Below, in pieces: positions 29,060 through 38,336 of a stretch of DNA of 64,000 nt; position 1 is the stretch's first letter, and every line of letters starts with the position of its first letter. This DNA is from Myxococcota bacterium. GTDB lineage: Bacteria > Myxococcota > JACRCW01. Where the stretch lies: contig JBFMGU010000008.1 in NCBI GenBank assembly GCA_040752415.1, positions 24,805-88,804 on the forward strand, in the 5' to 3' direction. The position numbers and the translations under genes were made by a program. Under the pieces are notes generated by a model. The model had not been told where the DNA came from. It worked only from the letters and a program-made list of their open reading frames with translations, and searched no databases.

Positions 29060-31984
29060 ATGGCCCGGTCTGCGGTCCGCTCGCTTCGCTGGAGTTCGGG
29101 AACCGACGCGACGACGCGGCGCGCCGTGGAAGCCATCCTGCCTCCGCACCGCCTGGAGCTGTTGCCGCTGTTGGGGGAGGGCCGCACGGGAAGGGTGTTC
29201 CAGCAGGGCAAGCTGGCCATCAAGGTGGCCCATCCCGACCCGGTGTCCCGACGAGCCCTCTGCTCGGAGGCGCGCAATCTCCAACACCTGAACAAGCGTG
29301 GCGCGGCGACTCCACGACTCCTGGCCTGGATTCCCGACGGGCGTCTGCTGGTCCGCGACGTCGTGACGGGCACGCCGCTGATTCCGTTGCTCCAGCAGCA
29401 GGCGCCCTCCCCCGCGCTCCTGCAACAACTCTGGGAGCTGCTGCTGGCCACGCGCGACGTCGAGAAGGACACCGGTGAGGCCGTGGACTTCACGCCCGCG
29501 AACATCCTGGTGCAACGGAACCGGCCCGTGCTCGTCGACGCGGGACCGCGGCCGGGCGGCTCCATGTTCCGCCGGGTCCACGACGTCGATTCGCTGGCCC
29601 AGGCGCTGGACGCATACCTGGTCTGGAAAGACTCGCCCGCTGGAGCGGTGCCGCTGCTGCCCCCTCGCATGCCGGTGAACCCGGAGCTTCACGTCGAGGT
29701 TCCCGTCGGAGCGCCCCGTGGCGGCCAGCTGCTGTGGAGCAACCAGCGCCTCATGGACGTGATGGGTCGACGCTGGACCGAGCAGGAACTGAGCGCCGCG
29801 TTCAACCTGGCCACGCACGGTCGACCGGTCACGCGTGTCGGCGCGGCAACGCGCTACCAGGAGTCGCTGGAGTACTCACCGCGGGGCGCCAAGGGAGATG
29901 GGCGCGGGGTGTGGGTGGGCCGCGTGCCCGGAGCGCCGTACGGCACGCACGACGTCATGCTCAAGGGCGTGGGCCGCACGCCACTGGCCTGGCTGGGCAA
30001 GCGGTACCACCAGGACGGTTTCGTGAGCCTGCCGCGCACGCTGTGGGAAGCCGCCGTTGCCGAGGAGCTGGCCCGCCTGGGTTTCGAGGTGCCGCGCGTC
30101 CTGGCGATCTTCAGCACCGGCAAGTCCACCCTCGACAACACGCACCGTCGCTGGCCCGCGGCCATGGCGGTCCGCGTGGCTTCCACCCACTGGCGACTGG
30201 GCCACCTGCGCCGCGCCTCCACCGACGGAGAGCAGTTCACCGCGCTGCTGCACCACGTCGGGCGCGCGCTGCACGGGTCCTCGTTCGACGCTCGGCGTGG
30301 GAAGGACCAGGAAGAGCTGTTGTGGACCTTCGCGAGGAACCTGGGCCACAACGTGGGCCGTTCCGAAGCGCTCAACATCCTGTGCTTCAGCACCTCCCCG
30401 GGCAACGTGCGCGTCGACGGGCACTTCCTCGATTTCTCGACGGTGCGCTTCTTCCGCAGCTACCTGCCGGACTGGCGCTATCTGGACGTTCCGCGCAAGG
30501 TCGTGGCCACGCAGAACCACTGGCGTGTGTTCGTGGTGCAGTTCGCGCAGTGTTTCCGTCGTGCGGGCCTGTGGTCGGAGCGGAAGGAGCTGCACGCCGC
30601 GCGGCAGGCCACCGCGTTGTTCAACGGCGAGTACCACCGCGGCTACCTGGAAGGGTTCAACGCCTTCGCAGGCCTGGAGCCCCAGCACCTGGCGCGGCTC
30701 ACGACGGAAAATGCGTCCGCGCTGGTGCGTGCCCTGAAGGCTGCGCGAGCCCTACGGTCCGAAGGCTACGTCGAGAGTGCCGCGTGGGGTCAACGGTGTC
30801 CGGCCCCGCTCCTCGACGTCGAAGGACGCACGCGCCAGTTCGTCACCGCGTGGGTCGACGGCCAGGAGGACCCGTGGCGACAGTGGCTGACCCACCCGGT
30901 TGTCGACGTGAACGAAGAGTCCGCCGCGGTGTGCCGCGAGCTTGTGGATCAGCTCTCGCGCATCATTCCGCCCGCCGCGCGTCGTGTTGCGCAGCCGCGG
31001 TCCTGGGACGAGGTGATCCGACCCGCCTGGGAGAAGGATGCCCTGGCGCGCACCTGCTACCAGCGCAATGGCCGCCGCGCGCTCCAGGAGTGGCGTTCCC
31101 TCCACGACGGAGAATGGCCTCTTCCTCCGGGCGCATACCCGTACCTGCGGGCGCGTCAGCTCGCCCGGGCGCTGGGTCACGTGGCCCTGCCCGGCCTTGA
31201 AGGGCCGCGCTACGAGTACGTGGTGGGACTCACTCCAAAGCTCGCACGCGGCATCGTGGCGGCGTGCCGCAAGGTGCTGGGAGCTGCGCTGTTGGGCGTG
31301 GTGATCCACGGCAGCCGCGTGATGACGCGCGAGCGCGTTGCGGTGGCGTCGGGACGACAATTGGTGGGGAAGGCTCGGTCCGACGTGGTGCGGGAAGGTG
31401 GGCCGGCACCGGGAGCGTCGTCGGACCTGGACCTCAAGGTCTTTGTCGACGGGACAGGCCTGGACCACGAGGAGGCTGAGCTGCGACTGGGCGCCGCGCT
31501 GCGCAGGCTGGGTGCACCGTTCGCGTTGCCCGCCCGCATCCCGCCGCGACAACGCATCATCGTCGCTCCTCGCGCATCCCTCGTCGACGCGTTCCGCTGG
31601 TACAACGGGGGACCTCGTCGTCAACAACAGGGCAAGCCGCCCATCCCGGAATGCCAGGTGGTGGTGCTCCACGACGCACGCGGCTCCCGCCGTCCCTCCC
31701 CGCGCCGGGTCCAGGCACTGGCGCGCTCACGTCCTCCCGCGACGGTGATTCCGTTGCAGCGCCTGCTTCCGGGCACGGCACGCGACGCCACCAACACCCT
31801 CTGCCCGCTCGACGTGCACATGCTGGAGATGGTGCTGCGAGACCGGCCCGACATCCCGGTGCCGGCGCTGGAAGTGGTGCCCGACGGACCGCGCTTCCGC
31901 GTGGTGGCCGGGGAAGGTGCACGTCGTGCGGCGGAACGCGCGGGCCGGAGTGTCGTCGGAATCAGGATTCGTCCGCGGCCATGA
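29060..31984 (+). CDS. multidomain fusion: kinase-like + SelO/YdiU-like + nucleotidyltransferase-like + ParB-like
   Basis: GEGRTGRV/AIK/DFTPANIL/LVD; GDGR..LKGVGRTP..DG..E..RVASTHWRLGH..GN..LDF; HGSR..SDLDL; PALEV..RFRVVAGE..RRAA..AG; GGAGAGG before ATG 29060. Confidence 0.7.
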   Translation: MARSAVRSLRWSSGTDATTRRAVEAILPPHRLELLPLLGEGRTGRVFQQGKLAIKVAHPDPVSRRALCSEARNLQHLNKRGAATPRLLAWIPDGRLLVRDVVTGTPLIPLLQQQAPSPALLQQLWELLLATRDVEKDTGEAVDFTPANILVQRNRPVLVDAGPRPGGSMFRRVHDVDSLAQALDAYLVWKDSPAGAVPLLPPRMPVNPELHVEVPVGAPRGGQLLWSNQRLMDVMGRRWTEQELSAAFNLATHGRPVTRVGAATRYQESLEYSPRGAKGDGRGVWVGRVPGAPYGTHDVMLKGVGRTPLAWLGKRYHQDGFVSLPRTLWEAAVAEELARLGFEVPRVLAIFSTGKSTLDNTHRRWPAAMAVRVASTHWRLGHLRRASTDGEQFTALLHHVGRALHGSSFDARRGKDQEELLWTFARNLGHNVGRSEALNILCFSTSPGNVRVDGHFLDFSTVRFFRSYLPDWRYLDVPRKVVATQNHWRVFVVQFAQCFRRAGLWSERKELHAARQATALFNGEYHRGYLEGFNAFAGLEPQHLARLTTENASALVRALKAARALRSEGYVESAAWGQRCPAPLLDVEGRTRQFVTAWVDGQEDPWRQWLTHPVVDVNEESAAVCRELVDQLSRIIPPAARRVAQPRSWDEVIRPAWEKDALARTCYQRNGRRALQEWRSLHDGEWPLPPGAYPYLRARQLARALGHVALPGLEGPRYEYVVGLTPKLARGIVAACRKVLGAALLGVVIHGSRVMTRERVAVASGRQLVGKARSDVVREGGPAPGASSDLDLKVFVDGTGLDHEEAELRLGAALRRLGAPFALPARIPPRQRIIVAPRASLVDAFRWYNGGPRRQQQGKPPIPECQVVVLHDARGSRRPSPRRVQALARSRPPATVIPLQRLLPGTARDATNTLCPLDVHMLEMVLRDRPDIPVPALEVVPDGPRFRVVAGEGARRAAERAGRSVVGIRIRPRP

Positions 31985-32843
31985 CGCGCTGCAACGTGCG
32001 GGTGCGGTTCTCCATGGCCGGCGTCATGCGGTGCGTGCAGGTGGCGCAGGCGGGCAGGCCGGAGAAGTCCGCGCGCAACAGCCGGGAGCGCGCCTCCTGC
32101 ATGAGGACACCATTCCACAGCTCCGTGAACGGCGTGCTCCCGACGTGGCCGAGCACGTACGGCGCATTTTCCGGCAGCGAGGTGTCGTAGATGTGGCAGC
32201 AGAGCTTGAGGTGCCCATGCACGTCGATCGCCGCGGCCTGGACCGGCAACAAGCACGGACGGGTCCGCTTGGTTCGCGGCCGCAACTGCACCAGGCCCAC
32301 GCTGCCGGCGCGGTCCGTGTAGTGCTCCACCACCGGCTGCCGCACCGAGATGCGCATGCGCCCAATCCGCGCCACGCGTTCCAGCTTGCGCGTCTTGCTG
32401 CGGGAAGCTCCGACGGGTTTGAGACCCACGCGGGCCAGGAAGCGCTCACTGACGTCGGGATCCGGCGGCGTGAATGCCTCCGCGTTCGACGGATAACGGG
32501 TCACGCGGAGCTCGTTGACGCCGGCTGCCGCCAGCTCCTTGGCGTTGTTCGCCGTGAGGAAGTCGCCGTTCGTGTAGATGGTGAGCTTCGCGTGGGGCAG
32601 TTGTTCCCGGGCCTGCGCCACCCGCGTCATGAGGTTCGGGTCGGCCATGGGCTCGTTGTAGTTGTGGAACGCGAACCAGCCCCGGAAGTCGTGACGCCCG
32701 AGATCCTGCAACAGCGCGAGCCAGGTCTCCTCGGCCAGCCACTGCTCGCGCGTGCCGCGGTCGTGCCAGCCATTCGGACACCATGCGCAACGTCGGTTGC
32801 AGTACGTGCCAATCTCCACCTCCACGAACTGGGGAAGTGGCAT
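31962..32843 (-). CDS. radical SAM protein with SPASM/Twitch-type C-terminal domain
   Basis: CNRRCAWC, YNEP, TNG; C..CC..LGHV..LWNG..CATC. Confidence 0.9.
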   Translation of the reverse strand: MPLPQFVEVEIGTYCNRRCAWCPNGWHDRGTREQWLAEETWLALLQDLGRHDFRGWFAFHNYNEPMADPNLMTRVAQAREQLPHAKLTIYTNGDFLTANNAKELAAAGVNELRVTRYPSNAEAFTPPDPDVSERFLARVGLKPVGASRSKTRKLERVARIGRMRISVRQPVVEHYTDRAGSVGLVQLRPRTKRTRPCLLPVQAAAIDVHGHLKLCCHIYDTSLPENAPYVLGHVGSTPFTELWNGVLMQEARSRLLRADFSGLPACATCTHRMTPAMENRTRTLQRVMAADES

Positions 32844-32962
32844 GGGCCGCCGCGCGATTCCGGGGCTCAACCGCATGGGCCGCACTCTGCTTGGGCGGAA
32901 CGCAGCGCACAAGCTTGACAGCAGCGCGTCCGTCTCGCTCTACCGACATCTCCGGGGTCGAC

Positions 32963-33844
32963 ATGGCGGCGTACGTCTCGGTGGTGATGACGGTTCACAA
33001 CGGCGCGGCGTACGTGGCCGAGGCGTGTCGCAGCATCCTGGCGCAGACCCACCGCGAGCTCGAGCTGCTCGTCGTCGACGACGGCTCCGAGGACGCGACC
33101 GCGGAAATCCTCCGTGGCATCACCGACCCGCGCCTGCGCTGCCTGCGGTTGGACAAGCCGCTGGGCCCCTTTGCCGCCGCCAACCGCGCGCTCGACGAGG
33201 CGCAAGGGGACCTCATTGCGCGCCTGGATGCCGATGACGTGGCGGAAGTGGAGCGGGTGGCGGCGCAGGTGGCGTACCTGGAAGCGCACCCTGAGGTGGG
33301 ACTGCTGGGAAGTGGAGCCACACGCATCCGCGCCGACGGAACCACGCTGGACACCTGGCGCGTGCCCGTGTCTGACGTCGACATCCGCTTCATGTCGTTG
33401 CTTGGCTGCTGCCTGATCCACTCCTCGGTGATGGTGCGCGCGGAGCTGTTGCGAGGGGCCCATGAGCGCTACCGCGAGGATCCCCCCGTGGCCGGGGACT
33501 ACGACCTCTGGACGCGCCTGCTCCCACGGACCCGCGCCGCCGCGCTCCCCGAGCCGCTGGTGCGTTACCGCGTGTGGGACGGGAGCATCTCGGTTCGTCG
33601 TCGGGCGGAGCAGGAACGCCTGCACACCGCCATTGCGCGACGTTGGATGGCCGAGACGCTCGGGCTGGGCGCCACGGATGAGGACGTGGCCTCGCTTCGG
33701 ACGTGGCTGATGACGCCCGCGCGGGAACCCGGGTCGCGCAGCCGGGTACTCTGGGAGGATCTGTCACATCGCTTCGCCGAGCGCGTGGGACCTCCGCCGT
33801 CCTTCTCCGACGCCGCGGTGCTGGCGCGACCCTGGGTGCGTTGA
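32963..33844 (+). CDS. glycosyltransferase family 2
   Basis: VSVVMTVHN, VVDDGSED, ARLDADD, GDYDLW. Confidence 0.92.
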   Translation: MAAYVSVVMTVHNGAAYVAEACRSILAQTHRELELLVVDDGSEDATAEILRGITDPRLRCLRLDKPLGPFAAANRALDEAQGDLIARLDADDVAEVERVAAQVAYLEAHPEVGLLGSGATRIRADGTTLDTWRVPVSDVDIRFMSLLGCCLIHSSVMVRAELLRGAHERYREDPPVAGDYDLWTRLLPRTRAAALPEPLVRYRVWDGSISVRRRAEQERLHTAIARRWMAETLGLGATDEDVASLRTWLMTPAREPGSRSRVLWEDLSHRFAERVGPPPSFSDAAVLARPWVR

Positions 33845-33849
33845 GGGCT

Positions 33850-34737
33850 TCAGGTCACATAGCCCTGCATCGTGAAGATCACGCGGATGCCATCCTGCTG
33901 GGTACGCGCGTGGACGTACCGCGTGTTGTCGACGATGGCGAAGTCCCCCGCCCGGTTCCACACGATGCGCGCGCTGAGCTCCGCGGCCTTCTGCTGGATC
34001 TCGTCCGTGATCTCGCGCGGGATGGGGGAGCCGTCTTCCCACGTCGTCACCAGGCCGTTGTAGACGCCGGGGAAGATGTTGGTGCACAGGCACGGCTCAC
34101 TGCGCAACACCGAGGGCGTGACCGCGCTGGTGACCCAGTGGGTGGTCAGCGTGTCGTCGGGATTGTGCACGCATTCCAGGCCGGGCACCTCGCGCGCCTG
34201 GCGCACAATCTCTGTGGCGTCCTGCGTCCCGCTGAAGGCCGACCAGTTCGCGCGGTCCAGCGTGGTGCTGTGGCGAATGCGACGCGTGCGGAGCGCCTCC
34301 CGCGTGCTGGGACTGAGCGCGCGCAGCAGCTCTTCTCCGTCGGTGACCAGCGTCTCACCGCCCCATTGCGCGGGCACGGCGCAATAGAAGCTGATGATGT
34401 GCGTGCGCTGCGGCACCTGGGCGAAATCGGCGTGGAAGTTGAGACCCTCGTTCCCCAGCAGCGCCGTCTGCAGGCCGGGGTGCAGCTTGTCCCGTCGACG
34501 CCGCACCTCGGGCGTGGTCTTGACCTGTTTCATGAACAGCCGCGCGAACCCCACGAAGTCGCTCTTGCTCGCGTCGAAGCCACGGAACACCAGGGCACCC
34601 CGCTCCTGCAGCAGCTCCTTGAAGGGGCGGATCGGAAGCTCGCGCACCTTGGCGCCCTGGCTCGTGACGACGACGCCGGGACCGTTGCCGAACTGCTCCA
34701 GGCTGACCGCCAGGCCTTCCAGACGCGGGTCGTTCAT
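33850..34737 (-). CDS. TauD/TfdA-family dioxygenase (second copy)
   Basis: LVFRGF, FHAD, FYC..GGETLVTDG, GDFAIVDNTRYVHAR. Confidence 0.85.
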   Translation of the reverse strand: MNDPRLEGLAVSLEQFGNGPGVVVTSQGAKVRELPIRPFKELLQERGALVFRGFDASKSDFVGFARLFMKQVKTTPEVRRRRDKLHPGLQTALLGNEGLNFHADFAQVPQRTHIISFYCAVPAQWGGETLVTDGEELLRALSPSTREALRTRRIRHSTTLDRANWSAFSGTQDATEIVRQAREVPGLECVHNPDDTLTTHWVTSAVTPSVLRSEPCLCTNIFPGVYNGLVTTWEDGSPIPREITDEIQQKAAELSARIVWNRAGDFAIVDNTRYVHARTQQDGIRVIFTMQGYVT

Positions 34738-34805
34738 GCCTCACGGGTTAGCACCGCATGCCCGCGCGCGCGACCGTCCGACGGCGGGCGTGTTATCCCC
34801 ATCCC

Positions 34806-35441
34806 ATGGGTGCGCACGATCAGGATGTCCAGGCGTTCTTTCGCCAGTGGAGCCAGACCTATGACGACGCGCAGCTCCAGGACCGCGTGTACCTGCCGCT
34901 GCAGGAGCAGATCGTGCGGCGCCTGCAATGGTTGCGTCCCTCGTTGAAACCGTTGGACCGCATCCTGGATGTCGGCGTGGGCACGGGTCAGTCGCTGGCG
35001 GCGCTGCGCGCGTTGGTGCCCGCCGTGCTGGGACTGGACCCGTCGACGGACATGCTGCGGCGCGCGCGGGAGCGACTGCCCGAGGGGTGCGGGGTGATGC
35101 GCGCCACGGCGGAGCACGTTCCGCTGCGGGATGCGTCGGTGGATGCGTGTGTGTCGTGCTTCTCCATCCACTGGTGGCCCGACGTGGAGGCCGGTCTGCG
35201 TGAGATGCACCGCGTGCTGCGGCCACACGGCGTGGCGCTGATCATGATTCCCACGACGAGCCTGCTCGGCCTGCAGTCGATGTCCGTGGGGTGGCGTCAT
35301 CCCGCGCAGCTCACGCACTGGAAGCCACCGTCGTGGTACGCGCGACAAGCCCAGGCTGCCGGTCTCACCACGCGGCTGCCGCGAGAGGTGGCGCGCGGAG
35401 CGTGGCTGCTGGAGGCCCGTCGTGGCGACGGTGGTCCGTGA
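34806..35441 (+). CDS. class I SAM-dependent methyltransferase
   Basis: ILDVGVGTG, GLDPSTDML, EMHRVLRPHG. Confidence 0.88.
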   Translation: MGAHDQDVQAFFRQWSQTYDDAQLQDRVYLPLQEQIVRRLQWLRPSLKPLDRILDVGVGTGQSLAALRALVPAVLGLDPSTDMLRRARERLPEGCGVMRATAEHVPLRDASVDACVSCFSIHWWPDVEAGLREMHRVLRPHGVALIMIPTTSLLGLQSMSVGWRHPAQLTHWKPPSWYARQAQAAGLTTRLPREVARGAWLLEARRGDGGP

Positions 35442-36807
35442 GGGGCTGCACACGCTGGATGCCACGGTGCTGGCGCGCCGGGTTGCCGCGCGGAAGGTTC
35501 GCGCCGTGGAGGTGGTCGAGCAGTACCTGGCGCGCATCTCGCGGGAGAACCGGCGGCTGAACGCGCTCGTCCTCGTGGACGAGGAGGGTGCGCGACGACG
35601 GGCGGAGGCACTGGACCGGAGGATCCGTCGCGGCGCGCGGGTGGGCCCGTTGTGTGGGGTTCCCTTCACGGTGAAGGACGTCATCGAGACGGCGGGATTG
35701 CGCACCACCGCGGGCGCGGAGGCGTTGGCGTCCCATGTTCCCGCGCGGAATGCGCCAGCGGTGCAGCGCCTGCTCGACGCGGATGCGATCCTCGTCGGGA
35801 AGACGAACACGCCCGCGTTCTCGGCGGACATCCAGTGCAGCAGCCCGCTGCTCGGGGTGGCGAACAATCCCTGGGATCCCACCCGCACCAGCGGCGGAAG
35901 CAGCGGCGGGGGCGCGGCCGCGCTGGCGTCGCATCTCACAGCGCTGGAGCTGGGCAGCGACCATGGTGGTTCCATCCGCATTCCGGCGGCGTTCTGCGGT
36001 GTCGTCGGGTTGAAGCCAACCGCGGGCGTGGTTCCTTCCCGGGGGCACCTGCATCCCGTGCCGGGCGCGCAGGAGCGGGACCTCTCGATCATCTGCTTGG
36101 GACCGCTGGGGCGCAGCGTGGCGGATGTGCGGCTCGCGTATCACGTCCTCACGGGAACCCATCCGCGTCGTCGGGGAAAGGCGCCACGGGTCTTCGCGCT
36201 GCTGCGACGGGTCCCGGGTCTGCCGGTGGATGACGACGTGGCGCGAGCCTTGGGTGACGCGGTGTCGACGCTGATACGCGCGGGTCACGTCGTGGACGAA
36301 GTGACGTTGCCGGAAGAGCTGTGGGGCCGAGCCTGGGCCGCGTGGCAGACGCTCATCCACGACGACATCATGGGTCCATGGAACGCGCTGGGGCGTGCGT
36401 GGATGGGGACGGTGGCACCGCAGTTGCGCACGCAGATGCTGCAGTCCGCCCAGCGCGCGAGGGAGACGCAACGCCAGGTCGCCGCTGCGCTCGACGGGAT
36501 GCTCGCGCAGCGTGACGCCATCCTGATGCCCGCCACGCTGACAACTGCGTTCACGCACCGTCCCATGGGAACGCCGGTGGAGGTTGGTGGTGAACGTTGT
36601 GACTACTGGCTCTCCGCTGCCGCCACGACGTCACTGGCGAGCCTCACCGGTCATCCCGCGCTGGTGTTGCCCGTAGGTTTCTCGCGTGAGGGGTTGCCGC
36701 TCTCCGTGCAGCTCGTGGGTTCGCGCGACGGGGATGCGTCGTTGCTGAACTTTGCTTCCGACGTGGAGGCGTTGCACGTTCGACATCCCGTGAACTGGGA
36801 ACGCTGA
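35422..36807 (+). CDS. amidase signature family enzyme
   Basis: GVPFTVKD, GKTN, SGGSSGG, GSDHGGSIRIPA. Confidence 0.92.
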   Translation: MATVVREGLHTLDATVLARRVAARKVRAVEVVEQYLARISRENRRLNALVLVDEEGARRRAEALDRRIRRGARVGPLCGVPFTVKDVIETAGLRTTAGAEALASHVPARNAPAVQRLLDADAILVGKTNTPAFSADIQCSSPLLGVANNPWDPTRTSGGSSGGGAAALASHLTALELGSDHGGSIRIPAAFCGVVGLKPTAGVVPSRGHLHPVPGAQERDLSIICLGPLGRSVADVRLAYHVLTGTHPRRRGKAPRVFALLRRVPGLPVDDDVARALGDAVSTLIRAGHVVDEVTLPEELWGRAWAAWQTLIHDDIMGPWNALGRAWMGTVAPQLRTQMLQSAQRARETQRQVAAALDGMLAQRDAILMPATLTTAFTHRPMGTPVEVGGERCDYWLSAAATTSLASLTGHPALVLPVGFSREGLPLSVQLVGSRDGDASLLNFASDVEALHVRHPVNWER

Positions 36808-36810
36808 GCC

Positions 36811-36953
36811 AAAGCGGTACTTCATACCGCAGTCCGAAAGCCGGCCACGCGCGGTCTTCGTTGCTGAGGCCGGCCGTGCCTTCGGTGCGAGCATGCGGCG
36901 CAACAGGCATCGCGAGCTCGCACCTTTCGGACTGCGGTATGAAGTACCGCTTT
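36811..36953. repeat. 30-bp perfect inverted repeat element (REP/MITE-like) between convergent genes
   Basis: aaagcggtacttcataccgcagtccgaaag (36811-36840) is the exact reverse complement of 36924-36953. Confidence 0.92.
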
Positions 36954-36968
36954 CGCTCGGACCAACCG

Positions 36969-38225
36969 CTATTCGCGTTCCCACAACGCCGACGCCAGCG
37001 CGTCATCCGGCGAGTCCACGTGGGACATGAGCTGACCAAACAGCTCCTCCTCCGCACCGCGCAGGGCGTCCACCTCCGCGCCTCCACGCAGCAGCGTGGC
37101 AATCTCCTCGACAGCGCGGTTGGGCAGATGGATATCCAGGATGCGCTGCGCATCCACGAACGGGTTGTCCAGCAGCACCTGCTCCAGCATGCCGTGCATG
37201 CCCACCGGCCACAGGTAGAACGGGAAGCCACCGCGCGTGTCGTCGAGATACCGCTCCAGCGCACCTCCCGCCGGCGTCCCGGTTCCGCGCTCCGGCGGTG
37301 CCCCGCTCGCATACAACGTCGCCACCGGCACACGCAGCGACATCGCGCGCACCGTCGTGGACGCGGGGCAATTGGGCGTGAGGTACAGGTCCGCCGCGCC
37401 GAGCACCCGTCGGAAATTGTCGGGCGGCATGGAAGCGTGGTGTTGATAGCGCAGCCCCGTCCCGTCGGGCGGCGGCAGCGGCATGGCTCCCACGTGGACC
37501 ACGTGCACGAGACGCGACGCACGCGCGGCCTGCGCCAGCAACTCGTACATCAGCGCGGGGAAATGCGTGGCCACCGCGCCGGCTTCCGGGTGCTGCGCCA
37601 GGCGGTGCTGCCAGGTGCTGGTGGTGATGACCACCATGGCTTCCCCGTCGCCAATCTGCAGCTCCGCGCGCAGCTGTTTCCGCGCGTACTGCGGCATGGG
37701 CCCCGCGTCATCCATCATGGCGTAGCGACCCACTCCCGGGACCGAGCGCTGCGGCGGCAACGACGGACACGGCTGCACCCGCCCCAGCTCCGCCGGGATG
37801 TACGGCATCTGCGTCAGCATGGGCCGGCCGAAGATGTCGACGTCGAGGGCGGTGCGCGGAAAGTCATAGAGGTCCAACGCCACCACGCGCGAGATGCTGA
37901 GCGCCTCCGGCACCAGGCCACTGAGCCGCCCCGCGAACTCCGGCGAAAGCCCGTACATCAGCAGCATGTCCGCCACGAGGATGACGTCGGGACGCAAGGT
38001 GCGGACCGTGTTCTCGATCTTCGCGAAGGCCAGTCCCATGCCCAGCGTGGGATACACATGCACCCGCGCGCCATACCACTTGGCCAGGCCGGCCAGGCTG
38101 GTCCCCACCAGCGCGTGTACCTCCAGCGGACGACGACACCGGCTGAGAAGCTCCATGGCCATGGTCAGCTCACCCGTGGTCACCGACGAGCAACCCAGCA
38201 CCAGCACACGCAACCGCGACGCCAT
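36969..38225 (-). CDS. putative GT-B-like protein (resembles DUF6365 family)
   Basis: VLVLG..GELTMA N-terminus, LRPDVILVAD, FRRVLGAADLYLT..RAMSLRVPV Rossmann-type pattern; family name from memory. Confidence 0.55.
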   Translation of the reverse strand: MASRLRVLVLGCSSVTTGELTMAMELLSRCRRPLEVHALVGTSLAGLAKWYGARVHVYPTLGMGLAFAKIENTVRTLRPDVILVADMLLMYGLSPEFAGRLSGLVPEALSISRVVALDLYDFPRTALDVDIFGRPMLTQMPYIPAELGRVQPCPSLPPQRSVPGVGRYAMMDDAGPMPQYARKQLRAELQIGDGEAMVVITTSTWQHRLAQHPEAGAVATHFPALMYELLAQAARASRLVHVVHVGAMPLPPPDGTGLRYQHHASMPPDNFRRVLGAADLYLTPNCPASTTVRAMSLRVPVATLYASGAPPERGTGTPAGGALERYLDDTRGGFPFYLWPVGMHGMLEQVLLDNPFVDAQRILDIHLPNRAVEEIATLLRGGAEVDALRGAEEELFGQLMSHVDSPDDALASALWERE

Positions 38226-38336
38226 GCAGCACCTCTGGAGAGCGCGCAGGCTGACACGGCGGCGTGGCCCGGGGCCAGTATTCACCGCACGACGCAGGGA
38301 CCCTCTCCCGCAATCCCTGCGTCGCGCGGGAGAAGC

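Noticed and set aside
31962..32843. Radical SAM-SPASM gene as a RiPP maturase
   Set aside because: No precursor peptide or RRE/PqqD domain seen; short size and GT2 neighbour fit sugar tailoring better
32915..32946. TTGACA upstream of the GT2 gene
   Set aside because: No convincing -10 element at 16-18 bp spacing
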